IMG/VR virus record: IMGVR_UViG_3300020213_000001
Source of the DNA: a virus
Length of the DNA: 64,000 nucleotides
Strand: one strand, 5' to 3'
Shown here: positions 7,960-17,230 of the stretch, piece after piece
Numbering within the stretch: the first letter of the stretch is position 1
How the letters are laid out: every line of letters starts with the position of its first letter
Made by a program: the position numbers and the translations under genes
The notes under the pieces: model-generated
The model's input: only the letters and a program-made list of their open reading frames with translations
What the model was told of the DNA's origin: nothing
Databases searched by the model: none

Positions 7960-8376
7960 ATGATTATCTTCAACGACATTATCGGTAAGGGTAAGCCTAG
8001 GTCGCCCGACCTGTTGTTCAATTTAATTGACCTGTTTCAGGAATTAAAGAGGAATGAATTCAAAAAAGAACACCTTGAAGAATTTGCAATTAAAATAATT
8101 CAAAGATTTAATAGAAAATTCAAGGACGAGGGTGTTTCTCTCTCTTACGAGAGATACCTAGCTGAGAAGATTAACTATGCATTTACTGCTGTTTATAGAG
8201 ATATTGCAGAGATAGAAGAAGACAGTGTAGAGATAAATATAGTGAGCGAAATAACAGATGGTGATATCATTCCATACGATAACGAAGAGCCTGTAGTAGA
8301 CCTAAGTTCCCTTAAAGACAAGCCAATAGTCCTGGATTATGAATATATGAAACTAATGGGCTGTGAAGATGAGTGA
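7960..8376 (+). CDS. Hypothetical protein
   Basis: 138-aa ORF preceded by GTGGTATTAT. Confidence 0.65.
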   Translation: MIIFNDIIGKGKPRSPDLLFNLIDLFQELKRNEFKKEHLEEFAIKIIQRFNRKFKDEGVSLSYERYLAEKINYAFTAVYRDIAEIEEDSVEINIVSEITDGDIIPYDNEEPVVDLSSLKDKPIVLDYEYMKLMGCEDE

Positions 8377-9457
8377 GTCTACTCTAAACCCCATTCAGCA
8401 GGCAATTGAGGAAAGTGCTCTACTAAAGGAACGCGAATACGAGATTCGTAAAAATAAAGTAGACATTCAACATCAGGAGCTTACCGAACGATTAGCCAAG
8501 AAAAAAGCCTTTGGCTCTCTTCCCATTGGTAAGAACATCAGGGAAAGATCCGACAAATTAATTATAGAAAACGAAGAGTATATCAAGCTAGCCAAGGGTG
8601 CTGTTACCTTTTTGGGCATGGATGTATTTAAAGACAAAGTAGCACTGTTTCCAAGAAACATTATCCTCATAGGTGCTGAGACTGGTACTGGAAAAAGCAC
8701 AACATGTGCCAACTTTATTCGTAGCTATTTAAAAGAAGGTAGGCGAGTACTCATTGTCACAAATGAGGAAAACAGGACAGACATTTTAAATAGGGTTATA
8801 TTCCTCAATAAGGGGTGGGTTTACTCAAACCACGACGAGATTACGGAAGAACAGTTGGTGGAGTGTAAGCGACTATATCCCATCCTAATGCAACGTATTG
8901 AAATTATTGACGATATGTTTAACGGCATAGGAGGAACTACCACTACTCTAGAGGGGATAGTAAGCATCTATAAGACTCTGAAAGAACAAGCCGCTGCAGG
9001 TGAAAAGCCCTACGACGCTGTTTTAATTGATTACATTCAAAATATTAGAACTAGCGTAGATGCCCCGTCACTTGCACAGTGGCAGGTTTTGCAAAGACTT
9101 GGCTCTTTTATTGATAATTTTAAGGGTGAGTACAACGCGCCTACCATTCTTTTCTCTCAGTTAAAGGCAGCTACAGAGGCAAACGGCTCATACAAAGAAA
9201 GGATCGAGGGCTATAAGGCCATTTCTAACCATGCCACTACGGCAATGGAGGTTAAAATGGACAGAGAAAACCTTAGAACTGAGTGGATATTTAGAAAAAA
9301 TAGATTCAAAGATGCTGTTGGTATTTCTGTGATTACAGGGTACGATAGAGGTAGGTACGTGGAATACAATCAGGAATTTATGAATGTGGTTCGCCTCAAA
9401 AACGACGCAAAAAAGCACAAAGAACTGTTAAGTAAGACTTTTAATAAAAAGGAATAA
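8369..9457 (+). CDS. DnaB-like (SF4) replicative helicase
   Basis: GAETGTGKST, VLIDYIQ, FSQL, RKNRF motifs. Confidence 0.85.
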   Translation: MSESTLNPIQQAIEESALLKEREYEIRKNKVDIQHQELTERLAKKKAFGSLPIGKNIRERSDKLIIENEEYIKLAKGAVTFLGMDVFKDKVALFPRNIILIGAETGTGKSTTCANFIRSYLKEGRRVLIVTNEENRTDILNRVIFLNKGWVYSNHDEITEEQLVECKRLYPILMQRIEIIDDMFNGIGGTTTTLEGIVSIYKTLKEQAAAGEKPYDAVLIDYIQNIRTSVDAPSLAQWQVLQRLGSFIDNFKGEYNAPTILFSQLKAATEANGSYKERIEGYKAISNHATTAMEVKMDRENLRTEWIFRKNRFKDAVGISVITGYDRGRYVEYNQEFMNVVRLKNDAKKHKELLSKTFNKKE

Positions 9458-9458
9458 C

Positions 9459-9767
9459 ATGTTGAAAATTAAAGAATTTTTTCTAGTATCTACCCTTAAG
9501 TTATTGACTTTTCTACAAGTAAAGACACTTTCTTTACACAATAACAGGCTGTATTACTACCTAACATCTCTTCATTTCAAGCTATACTTTAAAAAAGAGA
9601 TTATGGAAAGTGCAGAAGAAGGTGGTGTTGAATTTGAACTAGCCGCCGTTAGACATGCCGACATGGTGGTTAGCGTTCTGTTCAAGGAACTTAAAAACAA
9701 AGAAAAACTACACAAAAGTGCGATTAGTGCCTTTAAAAGCAATTTGATTTTAAACATTTCCCTATGA
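9459..9767 (+). CDS. Hypothetical protein
   Basis: Packed ORF between helicase and primase. Confidence 0.55.
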   Translation: MLKIKEFFLVSTLKLLTFLQVKTLSLHNNRLYYYLTSLHFKLYFKKEIMESAEEGGVEFELAAVRHADMVVSVLFKELKNKEKLHKSAISAFKSNLILNISL

Positions 9768-10633
9768 AATCAACTAGTCAGCAGTTTTTAGACCTATTTT
9801 TTAAGCCAGGAGAGCAGGTTTGCGTTTCCCACGACGGCTATGGTTATAAAAGCGTTGAACAGGGTAGTTTGAATGGTGATATTGAGATGTTATCGCCAAA
9901 TGAAAATGTAAGGATTAAACACATCAAGGAAAGCCAGATTAACTTGATTTCAATTAATCCAGTTAATGGCTTTAGACGGGATGAAAACGTAACGGCATGG
10001 CGTAGTTTTATGGTGGAATTAGACGACGGTACAGCTAAAGAGCAAATGGATTATATTAAAGGTTTAGACATGCCCTATAGCATTTGTGTATTTTCGGGGA
10101 ATAAGTCCCTGCACTTTGGAATAGTTTTAGACGAAGATCTTCCTAGTGAAGGGATGTGGCGCGATGTTGCTGAGTGGATTTTAAATATTGCCAGCAAGGC
10201 AGACCAGGTTGCTAAAAACCCCACTAGGTCGATCAGATTCCCTGGTAATATAAGACTGACAGGTAAGAAAGAGATTCAGAAACTTATTGAAATTAAAGGA
10301 AAGGTTAAATACGCAGATTTAGCTAAATGGCTTCAAAAACACCCAAAACTAAACCCTGCTGAGATTAGAAAATACGTAAGAACATCGATCCCCAAGACCA
10401 TTAACGGAATTCCCGAATGGGTTTTGAATAAACTAAGCTACGGAATTGATGAGTCTAGAGGGCGAAACAATGAGTGGTTCTCTATCGGTATGGAGCTAGC
10501 CAAGTCTGGTTTTAATGACCAGGAGATTATTGACTATGCTCAGGAGTTTTTTGTTCCCGAAAGGGATTTTACTGTTAAAGAGTGGAAGTCAATCATGCAA
10601 CATGCATATAGAAGAGCACTGAGGAAAACATGA
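9764..10633 (+). CDS. AEP/RepB-like primase with PriCT-like C-terminus
   Basis: FMVELDD, SGNKSLH, NPTRSIRFPG, GRNNEWF motifs. Confidence 0.75.
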   Translation: MKSTSQQFLDLFFKPGEQVCVSHDGYGYKSVEQGSLNGDIEMLSPNENVRIKHIKESQINLISINPVNGFRRDENVTAWRSFMVELDDGTAKEQMDYIKGLDMPYSICVFSGNKSLHFGIVLDEDLPSEGMWRDVAEWILNIASKADQVAKNPTRSIRFPGNIRLTGKKEIQKLIEIKGKVKYADLAKWLQKHPKLNPAEIRKYVRTSIPKTINGIPEWVLNKLSYGIDESRGRNNEWFSIGMELAKSGFNDQEIIDYAQEFFVPERDFTVKEWKSIMQHAYRRALRKT

Positions 10634-11223
10634 AACGCACAGCAAAGCGCCTTAATACAGACAACACTGACAACTTCATAAACTCAGGTGTTAATGTTGA
10701 TGACAGGATTATTCACTTGTTTACCGACATTGACCCAGAAAGTGCTGGTGTTGTTATCAAGGGTATCCAGCTAATGATGGCTAAGACCCTAGAAAAGCCG
10801 ATTGACATCTACATTAACAGCACCGGCGGCGATCCTTATTCAAGTATTGGATTATACGACTTTATTCACTCACTATCTGGCGTTGTAATCAACACATACA
10901 ACATTGGTTGCGCTATGTCTGGTGCGTCTATTATCTTTCTAGCCGGTGATAACCGCTACATGTACGAAAACTGTGTATTCATGTTTCACTCGGTTAGCAG
11001 TTCTGCCAAGGGCAAGGTGTTTTTGGATTTAGTTGACGAAGCTGAAGAGTGTAAGCGCATACATAAGCAATTATGTGCTATTTATGCAAAACACACCAAT
11101 AAGACCGAAAAACAATGGGATCATTTGATTAAGACAAACGACCGTTTTTACAGAGCCGTAATGGCTAAGGAAATAGGAATTGTTCACAAAGTAATAGTAG
11201 ACAATTCAGACAAAGCACTATAA
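10630..11223 (+). CDS. clpP: ClpP-family serine protease
   Basis: YINSTGG, AMSGAS (Ser), MFHS (His), DRFY (Asp), GIVH. Confidence 0.85.
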   Translation: MKRTAKRLNTDNTDNFINSGVNVDDRIIHLFTDIDPESAGVVIKGIQLMMAKTLEKPIDIYINSTGGDPYSSIGLYDFIHSLSGVVINTYNIGCAMSGASIIFLAGDNRYMYENCVFMFHSVSSSAKGKVFLDLVDEAEECKRIHKQLCAIYAKHTNKTEKQWDHLIKTNDRFYRAVMAKEIGIVHKVIVDNSDKAL

Positions 11224-11233
11224 GATATAAATA

Positions 11234-11461
11234 GTGGGGAGTAAGATGAGTGGTATCCAATTAAATGTATCAATTCAAAGACTTAAGCAGTGCCTAAAGA
11301 TGGGTGTTGACGGTAGTGTTGTAGTCAATAAGAACATGATTGATCTACTGGAGTACACTTCTGCTATGTCTAGGGTTGAAATGGCTTTGCAAAATCAAGA
11401 GCTTACGGTTGAACAACTGCACGAACTTCTGGGATTTAAAGATGCTATCAAGACTGCTTAG
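11234..11461 (+). CDS. Hypothetical protein
   Basis: Packed ORF. Confidence 0.5.
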   Translation: MGSKMSGIQLNVSIQRLKQCLKMGVDGSVVVNKNMIDLLEYTSAMSRVEMALQNQELTVEQLHELLGFKDAIKTA

Positions 11462-12155
11462 GGAAACTAAAAACTCCTATAAAAGACTCCAGACTACCAT
11501 TCATAGCCCAGAGCATTTTCTTAATAAGTACAGCGGTAAAATTGTCGGAGTAGGAGATATATTTGACCTAAAAAGAAGTGCAATTGTAGGCGAATCGGAA
11601 CGTGACTATCTAAAAAGAACAGAAAAGTGGTGGAAACACATTGTTTCTTTTGTAGTTGGAAACCACGATGCCGCACTATTAAGGCGTAACTTTAGCGATA
11701 GCCAGGAATTTTACAAAAACAAAAACGTCTTAGCACTTCACGGGCATCAGCTTAAATTCACGTTTAACCAAGCCAAGATTATGGAGTATGAGAAGTACTG
11801 GGATGTACAGTTTAGCGAAGACAGTATTATGCACGATATTGAAGAGTTTGTATTCAGCGTTTTTAACAAGTTTTTTTCCTTGCACGGGAAACGAGCCTAT
11901 GCGCAGGCTCTTTCTACCCTAGAGGGAATTGACAAAAGAAACATGTTGTCAGAAGATGTAGATATCGTAATAACTGGGCATACACATTTGTCTTTTGATG
12001 AGAAAATCATATATAAAAATAAGAAATACCGAGTTATTAACTGCGGATCTTCCCTACACGGTAAGAAGTTTAACCCTGTATATGTGGAGGAAATTGACCT
12101 ATGGTTTGTGTCTGATTTGCACTTGGGAACTATAAAAAGCGTGTTTGATTACTAG
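11442..12155 (+). CDS. Circularly permuted calcineurin-like metallophosphoesterase (LpxH-like)
   Basis: GDIFD, GNHD, LHGH, GHTH, NCGS, with motif I (FVSDLHLG) at the C-terminus. Confidence 0.8.
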   Translation: MLSRLLRETKNSYKRLQTTIHSPEHFLNKYSGKIVGVGDIFDLKRSAIVGESERDYLKRTEKWWKHIVSFVVGNHDAALLRRNFSDSQEFYKNKNVLALHGHQLKFTFNQAKIMEYEKYWDVQFSEDSIMHDIEEFVFSVFNKFFSLHGKRAYAQALSTLEGIDKRNMLSEDVDIVITGHTHLSFDEKIIYKNKKYRVINCGSSLHGKKFNPVYVEEIDLWFVSDLHLGTIKSVFDY

Positions 12156-12179
12156 TGGTACAATATAAACAGGAGATAT

Positions 12180-12404
12180 ATGGCTAAAATTAAAGATTAT
12201 TTTATTGAAATTTCAGACCTAGAAAGCATTGAACGAGCCCTGATTAACGCTGAAGTTGAGTACAATATTGTTTCAAACAAAAGCAACCAGAGTGTTACTA
12301 CAGAAAACGGCATTGTCTTTAAGTTTGATAAAGATGGGCTGCTATTGGGGCTCAAGGCGATTGAACAAGATTTTGAAGACAGGGAAGAGGAATATGAAGA
12401 CTAA
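12180..12404 (+). CDS. Small acidic hypothetical protein
   Basis: AGGAG RBS; GTGGTACAAT upstream. Confidence 0.65.
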   Translation: MAKIKDYFIEISDLESIERALINAEVEYNIVSNKSNQSVTTENGIVFKFDKDGLLLGLKAIEQDFEDREEEYED

Positions 12405-12645
12405 AAAAGTCAAAATGAAGTCAATGGATTCCCTAAAACCCTATCGTCAGCATATGCCTGGACAGGGTGAAATGGATGAAAACACGTATTACGCCATCGG
12501 TATGGTTGACGGTAAGCTTATCAAAACCCATAAAACAATGAACCAGGTTGGTGGTAGCGTTGTTGTAAAGAGAGTTCACTGGTGCGACCACGGTCAAGAG
12601 TTCCTAGTGGTTGATCACCCAAACCCTATCAGCAAATCCGAATAA
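12394..12645 (+). CDS. Hypothetical protein
   Basis: GAGG RBS before MKTKKVK. Confidence 0.55.
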   Translation: MKTKKVKMKSMDSLKPYRQHMPGQGEMDENTYYAIGMVDGKLIKTHKTMNQVGGSVVVKRVHWCDHGQEFLVVDHPNPISKSE

Positions 12646-12708
12646 GAACGAACGAAGGAAATGTACGAAGAAGAGTCAGAACAACGTAGTATGAATGGAG
12701 TATGTTAG

Positions 12709-13365
12709 ATGAAAAAGGTTAAGCTAATCTCAATAACCAAGGCTGTTGGGAGTGAAGTTGAATCACTATCTGCTGAAGAATTAACAGCTTACGTAGCCCG
12801 AGTTTCAAACCCATCAAACCAGATGAACAATGAAACCGCTCCTAAGCTGCTAACCTATTGCATCAAAAAAAATCACTGGAGCGTATTTGAACATGTTAGT
12901 TTTACTGTTGAAATCAAAACATCCAGGGGTATAGCTGCTCAAATTCTTAGACACAGGAGTGCGGTATTTCAGGAATTTTCCCAACGATATTCAGGTGTTA
13001 CCAATAACGAGTTTTATCCAGCACGTAGGCAGGACTTGAAAAATCGCCAAAACTCTGTAGACGACATGCATGATGAAGATAAGGAGTGGTTTAATAATGT
13101 TCAGAGGGAAAACTGGGAAAGGTCTTTTAAGGACTACAAAGAGGCTCTTTCTAGGGGTATTGCAAAAGAGCAGGCCCGTTTTCTATTGCCGCTGTCTACT
13201 CAAACCACTATCTATATGACTAATAATATTAGAAATTGGATGCATTACATCGATCTAAGGACTAAAAACGGAACTCAATTAGAACACAAAGAAGTTGCCG
13301 ATGAAATTAAGCAGATTTTTTGTGAACAGTTTCCTACTATCGCAAAGTCTAAGGGGTGGCTGTGA
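12709..13365 (+). CDS. thyX: Flavin-dependent thymidylate synthase
   Basis: ARVS, HWSVFEH, QILRHRS, QEFSQRY, ARFLLP, TQLEH. Confidence 0.95.
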   Translation: MKKVKLISITKAVGSEVESLSAEELTAYVARVSNPSNQMNNETAPKLLTYCIKKNHWSVFEHVSFTVEIKTSRGIAAQILRHRSAVFQEFSQRYSGVTNNEFYPARRQDLKNRQNSVDDMHDEDKEWFNNVQRENWERSFKDYKEALSRGIAKEQARFLLPLSTQTTIYMTNNIRNWMHYIDLRTKNGTQLEHKEVADEIKQIFCEQFPTIAKSKGWL

Positions 13366-14359
13366 AAAAAGCCCTAACTTATTCAGACGTTCTTTTGATT
13401 CCGCAATATTCTGAAATTAAATCTCGTGCTAACGTGTCCACTCAGATTACGTCTAAATGCGGTAAGGTTACGGCTGAACTGCCCGTTTTTCCGCTAACAT
13501 GGACTCAATTTCCTCAGTAGACATGATGCAATACATCAACAGAAAGGGCGGAATTGGCTCTTTGCATAGGTTTATGACAGTTGAAGAGAATGTTGAACAA
13601 TACCTACAAAGTCCTGAGAATACCTTCTGTTCTTTAGGTCTTAATGATCAAAAACGCTTTGAAGAGCTGTACATGGCGGGTTGTAGACGGTACATGCTAG
13701 ACCTTGCTCATGGACACTCTAGTATGATGTCAGATGCCCTTAAATGGCTTAAAAACAAGGCTAATGACATTGTAATAGTAGCCGGGAACGTGTGTACAGC
13801 AGATGGAGCGGCGTTTTTAGTAGATCAAGGTGCGGACATAGTGAAAGTCGGCGTTGGTCCAGGTAGTGTTTGCACTACTAGAGATAAGACAGGCCACGGG
13901 TATCCACAATTAAGTGCTGTTATGGAGTGTTCTAGTGCTATTCCGAACAACAGTGTCATTGCCGATGGAGGGTTAAAACACCCAGGAGACATTGTTAAAG
14001 CTTTAGCCGCCGGTGCTGACTTCGTTATGCTTGGTTCTATGTTTGCTGGTAGTTACTACACACCAGGTAGGGTTTCCACCGTTAATTTTTTGGCGTATAA
14101 AACATACCGTGGGATGGCTTCAGAAGATGTATACGAAGAGTATTCTAAGGCTGGCAACTACAAATGCCCCGAGGGTGTTAGTGTAACTGTTCCCTATAAA
14201 TGCGAAGCCGAAACCGAAAAAATCGTACTTAATATTGTAGGCGGATTGCGCTCTGGACTCACCTACAGTGGTGCGAAAAACATCAAAGATCTTCAAGCAA
14301 AAGCTAAATTTGTTGAGGCTTCCTCAGGAACCAAGATTGAGAATGGGACTTTAAAGTGA
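13362..14359 (+). CDS. IMP dehydrogenase / GMP reductase family protein (no CBS domains), frameshifted near 13490
   Basis: GTG 13362 gives ALTYSDVLLIPQYSEIKSR; downstream frame has SANMD, DLAHGH, GNV, GVGPGSVCTTR, IADGG, YRGMAS, PEG, GGLRSGLTYSG. Confidence 0.9.
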
Positions 14360-14425
14360 TTTATCTTTGCGGATTTAAATTGAGAGAGTATCGAAAGTAG
14401 AAGGTTTTAAACAAAGGATTTCTTA

Positions 14426-14581
14426 ATGAAGTTGATTATTCTGCTCTTATTGTGTAGCTGTATTTCTACCTCCAAACATGCTTGCGACAACATGTTTGGG
14501 CTAGACAAGGAAACCTGTTTGAGTAACTATGATTCAAAATCTTCCCACCATAGAAAAGTCGAATCTGATATGATCAGGTAG
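14426..14581 (+). CDS. Small Cys-rich putative lipoprotein
   Basis: MKLIILLLLCSC lipobox-like start, AAGGA RBS, 51 aa. Confidence 0.5.
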   Translation: MKLIILLLLCSCISTSKHACDNMFGLDKETCLSNYDSKSSHHRKVESDMIR

Positions 14582-15545
14582 TTTTTTCGTTCAAAAGCAA
14601 TCGCATATCGCCGGTCAAAAGAGACGCTGACTCTGTAATAGTCCCAGTCATACCCTTGTATTCAGCATAAGATTTAGCGGAACCTGCGTATTTTGAAGAC
14701 ATAGCTTCTAAGAAACTCAGGAACATCTGATGTGTGGGGAATTGAATATAATCTTTACTGATGAATTTAACCTCTAGTGGGCGTTCTTTTTTAAACTTAT
14801 CAAACTCTACCGGGTTGTTTAAGAGCGATTGAATAGTGCTACTCTCTTGAATCATTCTCTTTTCGGCTTCGAGGTATCCAGATACTTCAGCTTGCGCCAT
14901 AGAGCCATTTATACCTAATTGGGTAAAATAGATCATATTGCCTTCATCAATAAACCCTTGATGCGAGCGGGCGGCGCACAATCCCTGTTCAAAAGCCTTC
15001 TGGATGTGGTATTTTTCTTCTTCTGTTTCGAAATCAATTTCGTTAAAGTCTTTGATACCGTGAGCCTTCATGATTGAATTGTACTGCTCAATGTGGTTTG
15101 TGAGGGCACGGATAGCGCCTGAAATATAAAGACCGGAATCATATGCCTGGGATCTTAGCTCTGAAACTTCAATGTCTAGAAGCTCTTTTTTTAGTTCGTC
15201 TTTTTCGTTTTCCAACTCACGTTGCTTCATTCTTACTTCTACTGATTTCTTTTGAGTCCTAAAGTGAGCCTCTTTCAAGGCACTTTTGGTTTTTTCAATC
15301 TCGGCTAGAATTTGCCTCAAATTCCTCAATGGAGTGGTATGCGTCACTGTGAGCATGTTATCCATGAACTGGGACTGGGCTTTTCCAAACAATGACGTTG
15401 CACGCTGTAATTCAGGCAGGTTAGCTTGAATAATCTCTACCATTTCCTTATGCTCAGGAGCGTAAGAGATAATGTATTTCAACGAAGAATCGTTTACTAA
15501 TTGAATTTCATTGTTTTGAGACTTACTCTCTAGATCTTTAGACAT
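14574..15545 (-). CDS. Coiled-coil protein associated with the propeller-repeat fibre genes
   Basis: Heptad-rich; directly downstream of the fibre cluster. Confidence 0.6.
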   Translation of the reverse strand: MSKDLESKSQNNEIQLVNDSSLKYIISYAPEHKEMVEIIQANLPELQRATSLFGKAQSQFMDNMLTVTHTTPLRNLRQILAEIEKTKSALKEAHFRTQKKSVEVRMKQRELENEKDELKKELLDIEVSELRSQAYDSGLYISGAIRALTNHIEQYNSIMKAHGIKDFNEIDFETEEEKYHIQKAFEQGLCAARSHQGFIDEGNMIYFTQLGINGSMAQAEVSGYLEAEKRMIQESSTIQSLLNNPVEFDKFKKERPLEVKFISKDYIQFPTHQMFLSFLEAMSSKYAGSAKSYAEYKGMTGTITESASLLTGDMRLLLNEKTT

Positions 15546-15840
15546 AATCAGGAATCCCCTGTGAAGTCAACCAAGCGTCAACGTAGTCTGCAATGTCCTG
15601 AGCGTTCATCGGTACAATCTCTTCATTGCCGGGAGAGGTTACCCTGTTTGGTGACATTGAAGTGAAACGATCAACGAGTTGTTGTTTAGTCAACCTAGAA
15701 ACGCTTGACGGCAGGTGTCTTTCGTCTTCATCAACGGAAACCCCTACAAGCTCGTGCCCAATCATAAAAAACCCGCCAGATGATACAAAAGTTGGAATAG
15801 TTCCATCTCCATCTAGTAAATACCTAATTACTTTTTTCAT
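15538..15840 (-). CDS. Hypothetical protein (possible fibre assembly chaperone)
   Basis: GGAG RBS, position after the fibre genes. Confidence 0.55.
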   Translation of the reverse strand: MKKVIRYLLDGDGTIPTFVSSGGFFMIGHELVGVSVDEDERHLPSSVSRLTKQQLVDRFTSMSPNRVTSPGNEEIVPMNAQDIADYVDAWLTSQGIPDYV

Positions 15841-15880
15841 AAAGTCTCCCTATATATCTATAATACCACGTTTTTACACT

Positions 15881-17230
15881 TTAAGACAAGCCTCCGTGGC
15901 CGTTAGAGCAACCCGCTAAACCGGCTTTTGTTACTGTTAAAGTACCAAAGCTTGTTGCTGCGCCAGTAGTAGCTATAGTTACGTAGTCTATTGTGTTGTA
16001 AGACAAAGATGCAGCGGCATTGAAACCTCCAGCCCAAACGCCTCTGACCTGACTAGAGCAGGAAGCTAAATTCCACCGTCCAAGAGTCAAGTTACCAAAA
16101 GTTGTTCCGTTTCCAAGAGTGGCTATTGTCAAATATTCTGCGGCAAGAACTACGGGGCCATTGTCACCGCCGCCAATCATTGCCCTGGTAGAAGACGAAC
16201 ATGCGGCAGAGTATGACCTAGAGTTGGCCAAAGTGCCAAAACTTATAGCATTGCCGGTAGTCGCGATGGTCACATAGTCGATCACATTCAAGACCGTCGG
16301 GGTGTTAGCACCAGAAAAGATAGCGCGTGTGGTGGAGGCACATGCTGCAACACCAGTCCTTAGACCTGTTAAATCTCCAAAATCCACAGCGTTACCTAAG
16401 GTAGCAATAGTCACATAGTCTATTATGTCTCTCCTTCCGGCATTAATACCCGCGACCACCAACCCGCGTGTGTTATTAGCTGTGGCAGATGGCTCAGACC
16501 TAGCAACTGTAAGGTCACCAAAGTCAATGGCGTTCCCAAGAGTGGAGAAGGTCACGTAGTCAATAATATTTGACGCAGACGATCCCGCCCACAAACCTCG
16601 CGTTCTATTTCCCATAGAGGCGACACTATAAGCGGTGCGAGTCAAATTTCCAAAACTAATAGCGTTACCTGTTGTTGCTATTGATATATATTCAATAGCA
16701 GATGAAGGCGCATCGCCGCCTCCAAACAAACCCCTAACAGAGGTACTATCTCCTGCAAAATTTGCAATTCTAGTCCAGGTGTTAGCTGTTGATGTATAAG
16801 ATACGGAGTTGTAGTTAGTACTGATAACATCTAAGCCAAAAGTCCCGTCTATTTCGTTTGATCCGAAAGAAACAGTTATTTTGTTAGTGGCTGAAGTTCC
16901 CATTAGATCTTTAATTGTAACTATAAAATCTATCGCAGGAGCAGGCATAGTGATCGAAATAGGACCGGAGGTTGTGTCTATGTTTATTGTTTTTCCGTTA
17001 TCGCTAGATAAAACGGTATAGTCTGCTGTTTTAGTAGAAGAAATACTTCCTGAAGTTACTCCTCCTGCCTTTCCAACTATTACCCAAGCACCACTTTTGT
17101 ATTGCCACAATCCAATTTCTCTAATGGTACCGTCAGAGAAGTAAAAAGCACCTTCAGAAGGAGAAACTGGATCTGCTGCTTGGGGAGGAAGATTAATGCC
17201 CTTGTTTATTTGTTGAAAATCTCTAGACAT
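15881..17230 (-). CDS. Fibre/receptor-binding protein paralog A with six ~50-aa propeller repeats
   Basis: RGLFGGG...IDYVTIATTGNA.xFGxLT repeats; KTADYTV fibre motif. Confidence 0.75.
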   Translation of the reverse strand: MSRDFQQINKGINLPPQAADPVSPSEGAFYFSDGTIREIGLWQYKSGAWVIVGKAGGVTSGSISSTKTADYTVLSSDNGKTINIDTTSGPISITMPAPAIDFIVTIKDLMGTSATNKITVSFGSNEIDGTFGLDVISTNYNSVSYTSTANTWTRIANFAGDSTSVRGLFGGGDAPSSAIEYISIATTGNAISFGNLTRTAYSVASMGNRTRGLWAGSSASNIIDYVTFSTLGNAIDFGDLTVARSEPSATANNTRGLVVAGINAGRRDIIDYVTIATLGNAVDFGDLTGLRTGVAACASTTRAIFSGANTPTVLNVIDYVTIATTGNAISFGTLANSRSYSAACSSSTRAMIGGGDNGPVVLAAEYLTIATLGNGTTFGNLTLGRWNLASCSSQVRGVWAGGFNAAASLSYNTIDYVTIATTGAATSFGTLTVTKAGLAGCSNGHGGLS

